Assembly (NCBI RefSeq): GCF_001194135.2
Contig: NC_068984.1
Location: forward strand, 121,690,998-121,754,997
DNA: 64,000 bases
DNA from: Octopus bimaculoides
Taxonomy: Eukaryota
Direction: 5' to 3'
Part shown: piece by piece, positions 23,991 through 38,141 of the stretch
Position numbering within the stretch: position 1 is the stretch's first letter
How the letters are laid out: the number at the start of each line of letters is the position of its first letter
The notes under the pieces: generated by a model
The model's database searches: none
Told to the model about the DNA's origin: nothing
The model's input: only the letters and a program-made list of their open reading frames with translations
Translations under genes and position numbers: made by a program

Positions 23991-26900
23991 TATTGTCTAA
24001 TTGACTTTAACCTCAACCATAGTTGGCCTTAATTGCAACATTTGACTCTTTAAAATCAGTGTTTTGGTGTAAAGAAATCAGACACATGTAAATTATACTT
24101 GACTGTATAGTTTTGTTTCTCATGTTTTTTTTTTGTATATATTATTTTATGCTATTATTTTTGTCGTCTGGGAAACAGAACTGAAATTGTTTTATGTTTA
24201 ATCAAAACAATAAAGTGGGTAAGATAGTTGGTGTTAGCCATGTAAAACAACTGTATTAGTTTAGTGTTGAGAGTATTAAACTGAGGGGGTGATAAAGTGT
24301 TGTGTTACAGTGGAAGTACAATTATCAACACTAACTAATTGTAAGACTTATGACGAGAACTGAAAATAATTTCTAAAATGTTTATTTTTATTGTTGTTGA
24401 TATGATTAGTGAGCCATTAATTATTGTCTGTAGCTGTGTAAGGGATGGGTTACATCATTTACTAGTTAAGTTTGCTTCTCAATCACAGATTTCTTGGTTC
24501 AATTCTAATGTATGTCACCATTACAATCTGAGTTCAGAGCACATTGAGGTTGACTATGCATTTCATTCTCCCTGGGTCACTCATACAATAAGTACCAACA
24601 TTGTACCATATAAATACCAATATTGTTCATTAATCCTATTAAAATATGCTGCCTTAGTTTCCATAAATTTTGAAAATAATGAAGAATTTAGGAAAGTTTG
24701 ATTTTAGTTGTTTTAAATCAGACCCTATGGAGGAGGTGCCTAAGGACTGACTACCTCCATGACCCTTCCAGGAATAGTGGGTGGTGAAAATGGATGGTGA
24801 GCTGGTAGAATCATTAGCATGCTGGGTAAAATGCTTAGTGGCATTTCATCCATCTTTATGTTCCGAGTTCAAATCCATCAAGGTCGGCTTAGCCTCTCCC
24901 CTGAAACTGCTGGCCTTGTGCCAAAATTTGAAACTAAAATTATTAGCATTATTTAAGGTGGCAAGCTGGCAGAATCATTAGCATGCTAGGCAAAATGCTG
25001 AGTGTTTTTTTTTTGTTTGTCTTTATCTTCTGAGTTTAAATACCACTGTGGTCGACTTTGCCTTTCATCTTTTGAGGACAATAAAATAAGTACCAGTTGA
25101 GCACTGGGATCAATGTAATCAACTTACCCCCTCCTTGGAAATTACTGGTCTTGTGCCAAAATTTGAAATCATTATTATTATTATTTTTGTAAGAGAGGTA
25201 GTAGTCTATCAGAATTACAAGAGTGTTTGAGAAATCTTGCAGTATTTAGTTATTGTAGTTCTGATTTCAAATTTTCCCACATCTAAACTTGTAGTCAATA
25301 AAACATGTATCATTAAGGTACTGATATTGATGGAGATCAATTACTATTATCGTTGTTTTGGTACAATAAAGTACCAGTCAAGTACCAAGATCAAAGTAAT
25401 TGACTAACTCCTTTTCCCAAATTTCAGGCCTTGTGCTTATATTTGAAACAATTATTATGATCATTGTTGTTGTTATTTGTGCTGCTGCATCATCAAAGAC
25501 TTAAGATTTTGAATTCACTTTTGTCACATTCCAGACAGTATTGTCTGTTTATTCTTTTTCAAGCCTTCCTTTATTGTAGTTAGGCAATGCAAACTAAAAA
25601 CAACTTTTTTTCTGTCATTTTAAGAAATCTTTGCAATCCCAACAATCTATCTGGCAGGGAAAAAATGGACACATTGAATAATATAATCCTAGATACATTA
25701 TATCTGATTAAAAGACTCCTTATGGTCATGCAGGGATGTTTTTCATCTTCATAAGTCTGCTATATCAGAACTGACATAGGACAAAACAACGGCAATGAAG
25801 AGAGGGGGAAAAAATGATTACTTCTGAGTAAATTAAGTGTGTCTGATATGGATTAAGACATCACTTGAGGGTTCTGTTATTAAAACAAAACAATTTAGTT
25901 GTCTGTATGTTCCCTGTTCCTACAAATGTAGTCTCATGCCTAATCAAATGTAATTTATTATTTCACTACAGAAAATTATAATTAACACAGATCAAATGTT
26001 AATGAAAACATCTTATTAAAAACAAAGTAAAACATCATGTGGTTATCATGTGGTTCACATGTGGTTATCATCTTATTTATCGTGAATTATATATAGTTTT
26101 ATTATTATTATTATTATTATTATTAGTATCGTAGCATCAGCACCATCTGTTAGTCATAGGGACAGAATCATCTTGTATTTTATATATTTGATAAGCTGCA
26201 GTGTGTAGTAAGTTTAATACTTTTTGTTGATGTTACAAACATACAACAAAAGAGAACAAAAACATATTACAGTGGAAATTAATATTCTAAAACCGACATT
26301 TAGCAGTATTAAAGAAAGATATGAAGCTATTACAAATGCACTTAACTCATAACCTAGTAACAATTTGTGTGCATGCATGCACATGTGTGTGTTTGTGTGT
26401 ATTTTAATAATAGCTGTATTGTCTCTTTAAAATACTTTAAATGTGAAATTTTAGAAACTAACTCTGTATGTCACAACAATCAGAAATGTTGATGTAAGTC
26501 GATTATTTAATTGTACTTTTATAACATGTACATTACATTGTATTTACATTAAATGTAGGGTTTGGTGGGAGGTATTAAATGCTTGATGATTGCAGATTAA
26601 TTTTGGCCTTAAAATATCTATTTTTGCTATCCTAATAGATGATTGATTAGGTTTTAACCTAATCAATCATGGTGAATTGTTGACTGCAACATCAAACAAA
26701 ATGCACTTTATGAATATTAATTACATTTATGTTCAGTCTACTACATCTGAATGTATTTACCATTATTGCAGGAAGAAAAAAACACTCAGTATTCTTATTT
26801 TCTGTCTAAACTTTTTCTCATCTGCAGGGGCTCATGAAAGCAGTAGTTAGATTTACTTTCAGTAGTATTAACTTTGTGATATAAAACAGTCTATTGTTGC

Positions 26901-28819
26901 TAACATCTCCAGACTCCTGCCACATATTCCCTAAACAGATAAATGAATTGAGGCATGTAGAATTAGATGCTCTGCTGAGAAATGCTGTAAAATGCCAATT
27001 CAGAATTTTAACCTACAACCTATAAGATGGTACTTCAATTATCTTATTTATTGCATGTAACTTCCATACCGTTTGATGATAGTTTGTGCTGTTGTAGTCT
27101 TTCAGCCCCAGGTCAACTCAGAGATAGTAAGCCTACGATCAAAGGCATTCCAGCTGTGACTATCAATCCTATATATTCAGACATGGTGGTATCTAGAACT
27201 ACATTATTATCCAATGTGTCCTTTAGTAGAGGGGAAATCAAGGCTTTTACTCCTAGTGGGTCAAACAGCCACATAAGAAGCTCTCTCATTGGCTCACTGA
27301 TGTTATGGTTTCTGTAAACCTTATTGGTTTAAAAACACTGATCAAAAGCATTCTAGTCATAGCTGTCCCTTCTTTTTGAATATCTAAATCTACATGTCTG
27401 TCTAATGTGTCCTTATTTCTTTTAAGGCAGGTTGGATATGGTTTGAGGGCAATTTGGCTGCTATCCCTATTTACTGTTGGTATTCTACCTTCATCTATCC
27501 AGCCATCATTTTTTTTTTCTCACTCATTATCATACTACTTGTCATACATCATACAGTCCACCTTTTATTCCACTTAGATAGCAGTTCCCAAAGCATGTTT
27601 TTTTTTCCACCCACTCTTTACCCTAGATAATACAATGTCCTTGACCCCCACCCCCAACTCAACCTAGTCTTGCTACTCACTGCACTAATTAGGTCAGGTA
27701 GGTAGTAGAACTTTATCTATTACTGCCAGTGAATGATGTTCATGCAATCTATTGTCTTTGATTCATCTTACCCCATCCTTTCTTTTAAGTCATTGTTATA
27801 ACAATTTAGCTGAAGTGATTACAATATGTGATGTAGGTTGGTTGGCTAGTTGATTACTTGAAAAACAATTTTGTTCAGCATAACATAAAAATTAGACCTT
27901 TTAGTTTATATCACAACTACTGCTTTACATGTATTTACATCATTTGGTTTAGCTTCTTGATCCAATTTACTGACAGTGTGTGTATCCCACAGAACTTCCC
28001 AAAACTAGAAATGCTAGAAACCATTATTAAATATTACTGTAGCCCAATATAAAATTATATATATAGTATGAAACACTAAACAGAAAACAGGTGTGGTATT
28101 CAGAGCTTTATCAGACATACACACATTTCAGCAAAATACTGAAATAATTACATAATAAGTAGAGACATTATGCAATCATGCATTCCACCTCATCAGTGTC
28201 CCACATAAATACAACAGTCTGTGTGTTGCACTTGTACTGTGCCTCCTCTTCTTGTTATGTGATTCAGTCCTAGTGCACAGAACTTTGGGCAAGTATCTTC
28301 TATTATAGCCCCAGGCTGATCAAAGCCTTGTAAGTGGATTTGGTAGACAGAAACTGAAAGAGGATCATGTTGTGTGAGTGTGTTTGCACTTCTAAGAATC
28401 ATAAAATATAAGCAGTAGCATTGTTGTTTTTCTTGTCAACAAATCACCTACTAGCTCTGCACTGTCAAAGACATGTAAAATAAGAGATCCCTTACTTAAA
28501 AAACTGATAAGAGTTAGTGACAGGAAGGCCATTCAGCTGTAAGACAATACTTCAATAGTATAATCATCTAACTCATGTAGCATGAAAAACTGACATAAAA
28601 ATGGAAAACAAAGGAAGATATATCAATCATCGTCAGTGGATGCCATGCTCTATGCTACTTCATTCAACACTGAAGAATATGGGTCCCTTGTGTGTCATAA
28701 ACCTAATATATGTATTAGAGTGATGGTAGAAATACATATCATTGCTATTATGTTAAACTGTTTTATGTCCAAATTTGGCCAAATGTGTTTTTTATTTTTT
28801 TTCAATATTTATTTTTGCT

Positions 28820-29033
28820 AAGGCAGCAAGCTGGCAGAAACATTAGCACACCAGGCGAAATGCTTAGCGGTATTTTGTCTGTCTTTACGTTCTGAGTTCA
28901 AATTCCACCGAGGTTGACTTTGTCTTTCATCCTTTCAGGGTCGATAAATTAAATACCAGTTGTGTACTGGAGTCAATCTAATCAACTGGCCTCTTCCCTA
29001 AAAATTTCGGGCCGTGTGTCTAGAGTAGAAAAG
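28820..29033 (+). mobile_element. tRNA-derived SINE (family B, Meta/MESC-like core)
   Basis: Head GGCAGCAAGCTGGCAG...GAGTTCAAATTCC and core CTTTCATCCTTTCAGGGTCGATAAA..TACCAG, resembling the Meta/MESC SINE domain. 16-bp TSD AATATTTATTTTTGCT at 28804-28819 and 29034-29049. Other copies near 7630-7765, 7932-8142, 9440-9610, 19225-19545, 20270-20420, 24790-25460, 33360-33535, 50400-50610 and 62545-62715. Confidence 0.85.
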
Positions 29034-29611
29034 AATATTTATTTTTGCTTGCAATAGCCTGTTCTTTTGGTTAAACTATTGTATCTCCAGCTGCTTCAGA
29101 TACCAAGATATAAAAAATTGTCAAAATGTAGTACAATGGTTTTGCTATGGAATGAATGGTGAAACTATTTTTTTTTTTTTTTTTTTTNNNNNNNNNNGCA
29201 ACGTTTTAGACTTAGGGCACTATTGCATAATAGCAATGATATATTTTAATAAAATCATATACTCTATTGTGTGTGTAATGTAATTTTCTTATCTCCTAAA
29301 AATGTTCTCTGTTCATTTTAAACACTTCACAAAGATTATCATGCTAAAATGGTTTCTCATTGCCTTCTCCAGGCTCACAGCAACCGTTGAATTCCTCACT
29401 TTACAGTGTTTCCATTGTTTACAGCAGTGAGTTGTTTCTATCTTATGGTCCCTATTTGCAATTAGGTGGACTGGGCCATTTGGGATATAAGCTAAAGATA
29501 TGTACAAAGCAATATAAATCATTACAGAATATGAATCATTGACCTCTTAGCTGGTTTTTCACTGATATCCACTTGGCTGTTTATGCTATCTTAAGTATGT
29601 AGATAAACATA

Positions 29612-29666
<55 letters not shown>

Positions 29667-30659
29667 GTTTCAAATTGTGATAAAACAAATTTTTAAAATG
29701 ATAAAAAAAAGTTCTAACAAATAAGTGGTAGGAAAAGTTACATATTTACAATTACATTTGTCTTTCCAAAGCACTGACGTTTTTGGTTATCTTACCTCAA
29801 TCTGAATTAGGCCAATAAAATTGAATATAACAGTAAATGTATTCTAAATGTATGTATGAATTGACTCAGGTGTGTGGTTTTGAGTGCATTGTGGATGATC
29901 TTTCAACTGTTAAACTCTGGTAGGTCAAAACCTAATATATGTTTTAGAGAAATGATAAAACTATGTTCAGCCCAGGTGTTGACAATCTCAGCAAAGCACA
30001 CTTGATAGTCTAGTGGAGGGTAATTTTTCCTTGCTCCCCTACAGCAACACAACTTTGCTTAATCTTTGTAATAACACAAATAGTCATATTCTAATAAATT
30101 CATATACTCTAATGTGTGTGCAATGTAATTTAATTATCTCCTGTGTGTATGTTATCTTCTAATCTTAAGTACTTCCATTTTTAGAAGTGTCTATGAAATA
30201 TCTATCCCATTGATTATGTCAAATGAAGCAGCATGTCTTGTGTAGTGTATGTCTTGAGTATGAATATCAAATAAGATGTGGTGTATTATGTATATCAAAC
30301 AAGATATCGGATGTGTATTTTATTTTCTCATTTTTGCATTGTCTCACTTGAATCTCTGAAAAATTGTCATCATGTCTTTTAATCCTATGTTTTAAATGTT
30401 ACAGATTTATCCTGAATGTTTCACAATAGAAAACTATCAAACTAACAAAAATGTTAAGAAATAGTTCATTTGGGAAATGGTTAAACCATGTCCAGCCCAG
30501 GTGTGGACAATCTCAGCAAAGCACACTTGATAGTCCAGTGGAGGGTAATTTCTCCTTGCCCCCCTACGGTAACACAACTTCACTTAATCTTTGTAGAAAC
30601 ACAAATAGTCATTTAGTTTGTGTTTGCACTGCTACACTCCTGTGCATTTCATCACTGCA

Positions 30660-31070
30660 AATATTGCTTCCAGTGTCAGTTCTGTAGTATATGTGTCATT
30701 GGTTTATTCTGTGTTGTGTCATTTCAAAAGTGCTTCCAGTTCCAACTATGTCACACATCTTTTGAGTTTACTATGGTGTTTTATTGTAAAAACCGAAGCA
30801 CTCCACTTCCATCTACCTTTAATTTGATGTATTGCATCATCATAAAAATGCTTCTTGTACCAACTGTATGACACAATTATCCTTTGGGTTATTGTGTTAT
30901 GTCAGTATAAAACTGCTTTTTGTACCAACTGCAAAATGAAATTGTCATTTGGTTTATTGTGTTGTATCTGTAAAAATTGCTTCTTATACCGACTGCATAA
31001 CATATTTATCATTTGGTCTATTGTGTTGTAACACTGTAAAAAAATGCTTATTGTATCAGCTGTATCTCTT
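30660..31070. repeat. ~65-bp degenerate tandem repeat
   Basis: TGCTT(C/T)TTGTACCAACTG...(T)TTGGTTTATTGTGTTGT units near 30665, 30731, 30797, 30849, 30914, 30978 and 31045. Confidence 0.75.
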
Positions 31071-34000
31071 GATATTCAAAAGGAATATCAAGCTTCCTTT
31101 TGCTATTGTATCACTTTCTTTCTGCATGATTTACTTAATATTGTCTATTTCCCTCTTGTCCTCTTTTCTTATCATATTTTCTTGTTACTTGCTATTTTCG
31201 TTGCTGTTCTGTCAAACACAAGTCTCTTCTCCCATTTATGGTTCATCTTTAATAATAGATGTGAATTAATAGATGCAATGTTATATTTTTACACACATTT
31301 TTTCAGTTGATGCTTTATTTTCTTTAGTTTATTGATGTTGTAGTAATTGTAGTTGTTGTAATGATTGTCTCTTTACATTTATATTTTTCTATTGTCTACA
31401 TAATATTTTTTTTTAAATCTATTTGTTTGTTCCTTTTTACTTTTCCTTAAAATTAACAGCAAAGTTAATGTGCTGGTACTTACTAACCATAGAGTTCTGT
31501 GTTCAAAAATAACTACAGTAATCATGTTATGTTCATGAGTAAAGTGCATAACTAACTCTACTTGCTTCAGCTGGTTTGACTGACAACAAATTAAATCCAT
31601 GCTACACTGCAAGTGGTTATCAGTAGGAAGGATATTCAGCTGTAAAAAGTAATTGATCCAATAATATAAAAATATCCAAATTTGGAGGAACCCATCCAAA
31701 TTCACAAGAAGCCTTGCAACTAAGCTAGAATGGAAAAATATAGGTACAAAAATGAGTGAAATAAAAAAAATTTTAAAAAAAGATTGCGAGAATTAAACTG
31801 TAATTTTGTGATGAAAAAATGTCCATCCAACTGTAATTTGGAATAAAAATTCTTTCATTTTATGTATTTCTTTCTGTTTATTTAAGAAAATTCCCTGTAG
31901 ATTTGGTTTGAACAAAGATTCTTTTTGTTTTTACAATCTGTTCTATATAAACATTGGCTATTGTCCTGAAATTGGATTCTCATACTTTGGATTACAAAAA
32001 TATCTGGAACTCTCTGGAATTCTCTTTTCAGATTTCATGCTGTAATTTCTTTCTGTTTTTCTTTCTTTTGTTTCTGTCTTTTTTATTATAATATAAACTA
32101 AATAGTCTTATTTCTTGTTATTGGTTTCAAGTAAATGGTTTATCCAAGAATGACTGGCATTATTTGGATTGGGTTTTTAAGGGAGATCTCCAGAGGAGCA
32201 AAGAAAGAGAAAAGGGTTTTTAATGCTCAATAAACAAATACTGCTGTTATTATTATGGGTGAAGTTGTGAATGGCAGAATAGACAGAATGACAACATAAA
32301 ACTAGGGTGAAAAATGTCGTTGATGGATAAAGGAATCAGACTTCCAGCTTACTTTACCGAATTTATGTCGACTTGGAGAAATGAATACTAAACCAATGAA
32401 AATGGCAATGATGATGCTAAATGCAATTATAATGATGCTAATGCTGGCTTATCACTAAACCAGTCTAACTCAGCTGAAATTGAAACAAGGATTGAGATAT
32501 TATGGTATTTATATCTCCCTCTGGAGCCTGTTCTTTAAATTTAATCATTATTATTTTCTTCCAACTTGGCACAAAGGGCATTTTCACAAGAAGGGAATGC
32601 AGTCAGTTAATTGACTTTACCAGGGAATTACTTGTATATTTCAGTCACTCCCAGAGAAATTTAAATCCAAACCAACTCCTAGCAAGGTTTGAAATCCAAG
32701 AACATTAGAGAAAGACAAAATTAATTGTGTAAAACATTTAGTTCAGTGCTTTATCATTTTTTCCCTGCCCACTATCTTGTTTTAATGACTCCCAAAGAAA
32801 TTTGAAGGAAAACTGACCTCTTCCTTCCTTGTAGGATTTAAACAATATCCAAGAGACAAAACAAAATGCTGGAAATCAGTCAGTTCTCAGAACTACCATT
32901 TCTGCCTATTCACAACATTCACATTCACTTGATTTATTCTAGATTTTAATTAATAAAATAACATAATTAATTAATAATGTCTGGAGATGTATTTGTACTT
33001 AATTCCTGAAAGGAAGTGAAACTTAATTTAAGTTCAGTTCACTTCACATTCCACTTTCCATCCCCACAGTTACTTGTTTCTAATCAAAAATTTAGTTCAA
33101 GTCATAATCTTGCAGAATGGCAGCTGTTTTAATAAGATTTTTTTCTTCTCTTTTCTGGAGAATGGAATTCTTTAAAAATGTTAAATATTCCCACTGATGG
33201 GAATATTTGTTACTATTATTGCTTTAAGATGATGTTTTGGTAAGACGCATGAATTGGTACTTTTGACACTGTGTGTGCGTGTGTGCATGCATTTGTGTGT
33301 TTCTTTGCAACTCACATAAATGCTTATGCAGTTATACTTAAAGCATCAGATAAAATACCTTGCATTATTTCTTTCAGTATATTACATTCTGAGTTTAAAT
33401 CCTGCTGAGGTAAACTCTGCCTTTCATCTTTCAAACTCAACAAAAATAAAGTTCCAGTCAAGTACTGGTGTCATTGTAATCAACTAACCACCTTCCCTCA
33501 GATTGCCAGCCTAATGCCTAAATTAGAAGCAATCATTGTGCAACTTTCTTACTGCACCAACAGGGGTCACCTCCGTGGTCCTGAGATATATGCAGTATTG
33601 CTTCTTTAAAATGTAAATATGTGTTTGTATGCTACATCTCTTGTTTTGTTGTTTCCTGTGCTACTTCAATAATTTGATTAACCTTTTTGTGACCAACCCA
33701 ACTGGGACCACCCCTAGTTCTTTATCAGAAATGTCTTGTTTTAAACCGATTTAAATTCAAACCTTCCATCAAAATTCCATATTAATTTATGCTCTCATAC
33801 ATTAGCTTAATAATCCTTTCTACTATAGGCACAAGTCCTGAAATTTGTGGGGAGGAGACTAGTTGATTAGATAGTGTGTGTGTACATGTGAATATTACGG
33901 TCTGCACTTTCACGAAGATAGTGCTTAGTTATAAACAGTGAACTTTGTTGACAATTTTGAGTCAACAAATCATCAGATAACTCTTGTACTTTCAAAGATC

Positions 34001-34882
34001 CATGGAATTAAAAAAAATTCTCAGTTGATTAGCAGGTAAAGGATTCGTAAGAGGCAGTTAATCATTGCTTCAATAATATGTAACCATGCTAGCATGACAT
34101 AAACAGACATAAATTGAATAAATAAATGAACATTGCAAATGAGAAGTGTCAATCAAATGAAGTCCTTATTGCCAAGCTGTATTAAATGATAAATATATAT
34201 CTGTTCAATACACTCTGAACAATGTAATTTCAGTTGGCCATCCATCTACCTACAGACATTTCAGTGACCTATCCACTCCATATAGTCTGTTACTATATTT
34301 GTCATGTCTGTGCATGAGCATGAAAGAGCTATGCTTGATGCAGAAGAGAGTGAGAGAGAGGGAGAAATGTATATTTTTTTCTTCAACAGTTTCAGTAACT
34401 GATGGTGGGGGTCATTCAGCTTATTAGAAATAACAGTCAAGTACCCCCTACTTTTTAATACATATGATATGCACTTACAGATACATACATACATACATAC
34501 ATACAAAAACAAATGTGTTAGAGGTACTTGAACATTTCTTGTTGATGACCAGTGTTTGAGTATCTGCTTAAAATATATCAGCATGTATTTGTTGAATCTA
34601 TCAGTTTTCTATCCAACTGTATGTTTGTTTATCTATCTTTACATCTTATATATCTTTCTGTATTCATGTCTGCACACATATGCACTCAAGCAGACATGTG
34701 TTCGTGTAGCCATGCTAGATAGATATATTGCCGATAGGTAAGATTAAAATATGGTAAGCAGATACTCACTTAGTAATGATCATTGTTAACACAACTATCA
34801 CAGTGACAGTTATGTGTGTGTATGTGTCTCTGTGTTTGCAAGTATATTTATGTATATGAGTATGTATGGTTATATGCATATG

Positions 34883-34941
<59 letters not shown>

Positions 34942-34943
34942 AT

Positions 34944-34975
<32 letters not shown>

Positions 34976-35725
34976 GTAATGTGTTACATCATTGGATAGA
35001 CTGTTTTGTAATACAAGTTCCAAGTCTCTGGACTCAGACTTCAAATCTCACTGAGGTCAACTTTTCAGGATTGATAAAAGAGAAGTACCAATCCATTACA
35101 GAATAAGGCGAGATGCTTTATGGTATCTGTTCCAATTCTTTGCATTCTGACAGCAATATTTGCAATGACACTGGTGCTAGGCTGTATTTGCCAAATTCAG
35201 AGGTCTTTTCCTTGGATAAGTAGCAGTGGTATGGTGAAGGGAGATGTGCATGCATAGACAACTGCTAGTATTCCTCAAAAATCTTGTCAAAGCCCATGCA
35301 TACATATATGGATGAATGCTGTATCATTAAAAAACTCCAAGGTAATTTTTTGTGAGGTGTACCATTCAAAAAGTCCCAAAGGCCACAGCTTGCTGTTGAC
35401 TGCTTTAAGCTACCCCAACAACTTTCTCAACCATCTGAAGCCACAGACTCGTAAACATAGAAAGACCCCCCACCCCACCTTTTTTTTTTTTTTAAGAATT
35501 TGGATGTTCCATATTTGTACAATGCCAAAGGACTGGTCATCTAAAAATTGATGTCATACCTGATTGAAATGTCAATACTGCTGTACCTGCACTTAGTGAA
35601 GTTATGTTTATCTTATGAATTTTAGTTGTTCCCAGTAACAGCCTATATGATTTTGAAGGGTTGTATTTACCACTGAATGGTATTAGTTTTGTTATGTTCA
35701 TCAACAAATCCCAGAAGTAAATATT

Positions 35726-35936
35726 CTTTTCTACTCTTGGCACAAAGCCAGAAATTTTGAGGGAGGGGGCCATTCGGTTAGATCAACTCCAGTATGCAAC
35801 TGGTACTTAATTTATCGACCCCGAAAGGATGAAAGGCAAAGTCGACCTCGGTGGAATTTGAACTCAGAACATAAAGACAGACAATACCGCTAAGCATTTT
35901 GCCCAGCATGCTAACGATTCTGCCAGCTTGCTGCCC
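35726..35936 (-). mobile_element. tRNA-derived SINE (family B), full length
   Basis: Reverse complement of the 28820 copy. 17-bp TSD TCCCAGAA(G/A)TAAATATT at 35709-35725 and 35937-35953, one mismatch. Confidence 0.85.
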
Positions 35937-36550
35937 TCCCAGAAATAAATATTATAGGTGATGTGATTGCATCTGGATGATCTGTGTGTGTTCCCCATTG
36001 CCAATAATGTTGGCTGCCTCATGAGTCAGAACACAAAACAACTTGTATGTGTATGCTCAACAAGGGAAAACAAAAAGCATTGTTTATCAAGAAGCTTTAC
36101 CATAATATAAATGAATTACTTTGTGACATTAATTCACTACAACATTAATTGCTTGAGTCTTTACCTTTGCCCTAGGCACTGTCAGTTATTTTGTTTGGCT
36201 AGTACGTACGTAGATACTTTAGAATATGATATAAAATGTGCATGTATGTGTGTGTATATATGTTTGTGTATGTGTATAGGTACACACACACACACACATT
36301 CCTTCTGCTGTATTATTGTAAATAGCATTTTTGTGAAAGATTTCTGTGCATGAATTTTAAAGTATTTAAGTTGCATACAAACTGTATGTTAGAGAGAATA
36401 TGTGTGGGTGTGTTCATGTATGTACGTTGTTCATGAGTACATATGTGGAAGAGTGAGTATGTGTTTGTATTTTTTTTATTAAGTGATTAAAAAAAGTGAA
36501 CACAAAACATTAAAATTGAAAGCAAATATTTCAGTAGACAGAAATAAAAT

Positions 36551-36586
<36 letters not shown>

Positions 36587-37164
36587 CTCGGGAATGGAAT
36601 TTAATGGATTAAAAATATTTAAATGGATTTTTAAAAAATCTATAAGTAGTAACATAGAGAGAAATCATATGAAAAGACATGTTTAAGAACTTTTTTTCTT
36701 TAGAAAAAAATATATTAAAAATATATTAAACTCATTAAATATATTAAAATCATAAAGTATATATTAAAATCATAAAATATGTATTAAAATCATTAAATAT
36801 ATTAGAATCATTAGAGCACAAATTGATTGGTTTGTGAATAGCTAGCCACAGGCTTTGGTAATTCATATGCTATCATTGGCACTGTGCTGTGTTGGTGGAT
36901 AGGGTTTCTCAACGGATCTAGTCCACCTAGTTAGAGACAAGTACCCTGTGGTTGAAGAACAAAGAATTCCTCAAAGCAGTAGCATCACTGTAAAGTTGTT
37001 AATTGGTGTGTAGGTTTGCAAGCCCTAAGTTCAACTCTTCCGGTATGTTCTTCCACAGAATTATTATGTGAAGATCAGTTCTTCAGTTGAGCCCCAACAA
37101 TGAGGTTATAAGATTCTCTGATGAAATCACATGATAATCAACTGCAGTGTTGTAAATGTGTGTG

Positions 37165-37359
37165 CAGGGCCGGCCGCAATGTTGCTGGCACCCCAAGCAA
37201 GCTAAACTTTGATGTGTACAAGCTGACAGTCATAGAAATTTCCTTGTGTTTGTCACAACCTCCTTGGAAATTTCCTTGTTGTCACAACCTCCTCGGCACT
37301 CCCTAACACATAGTGAACCAGGTGACTGCCTGAGTTGCTGGTACCTTGAGCTAGCCCTC
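37165..37359. mobile_element. Possible hAT (Tip100-like) MITE remnant
   Basis: GC-rich island beginning CAGGGCCGGCC and ending GCTAGCCCTC (degenerate inverted end) in AT-rich DNA. No convincing TSD. Confidence 0.35.
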
Positions 37360-37544
37360 TATGTGTGTGTGTGTATGTGGAAGGGGTGCTTACGCTGATG
37401 TTTTTTTATAAATCACAAGAACCTATAAATTATAGTTTCCTTGCCACTGACATGAAATGAGGGAAGATAAATTCTGCCTTGAATAGGATGCTGCTCTATT
37501 TGCAGACAGCTTTACCAATTTCACATTGCTATTTCTAGTTACTG

Positions 37545-37870
37545 TGGTGGGTTATATACCTCCTGTGGTACCTACTTTCAGTTGGATGGATTATACCTTA
37601 GTGTAGTACCCACTTACAGCTAAGTAGACTGAACCTTGCTATGGTACCTTACAACTAGGTAGATTATACCTTGCTGTAGTACCTACTTACGACTAGATGG
37701 GTTGTCCCTCACTGTGGCATTTACTTACAATGAGGACACTGTTTTACTGTGGTACTACAGCAAAATAGACCCTACTTCACTGTTGTACCACCTACTTACT
37801 GCTAGAAAAGATGTACTGTTTGAGAATATGCATATGTATTGTGGTACTTGACTGTTATCTACTTATGGCT
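37545..37870. repeat. ~37-38-bp degenerate minisatellite
   Basis: GT(G/A)GTACC(T/C)ACTTAC units at 37565, 37603, 37641, 37676, 37714 and 37749. Confidence 0.75.
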
Positions 37871-38103
37871 TGTGTGGATTTACTAATTGTTTTGAGGCTC
37901 TTTTATAGTCCTCAACAGTGATATCAAAGGATTCTTTGAATATATTAGTTTTTCCTTAGTTACCATGTAATTTATTCTACATTGTTTCAGTTTACTCAGC
38001 TTGCAGGAATAGCTATCAGATCTTAAATTGTTATTTGTGATTCTACTGTCATTCTACTCTTTGTATGAAAATATCTCTCTCTCTCTCTCTCTCTCTTTCT
38101 CTT

Positions 38104-38141
<38 letters not shown>

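Noticed and set aside
30618-31310. Repeat-protein exon suggested by several ORFs over the 65-bp array
   Set aside because: Manual translation of both strands hits stops within units, and the period is not frame-preserving.
32330-32510. Transmembrane-like stretch ISIIIIAFSIIIAIFIGLVF followed by a GTAAGC donor (minus strand)
   Set aside because: It derives from a degenerate (CAT/ATG)n tract, is preceded by three consecutive stops, and has no good acceptor in frame.
34261-34584. 107-aa minus-strand ORF and an acidic plus-strand reading
   Set aside because: No recognisable domain, it includes microsatellite sequence, and I found no consistent splice sites.
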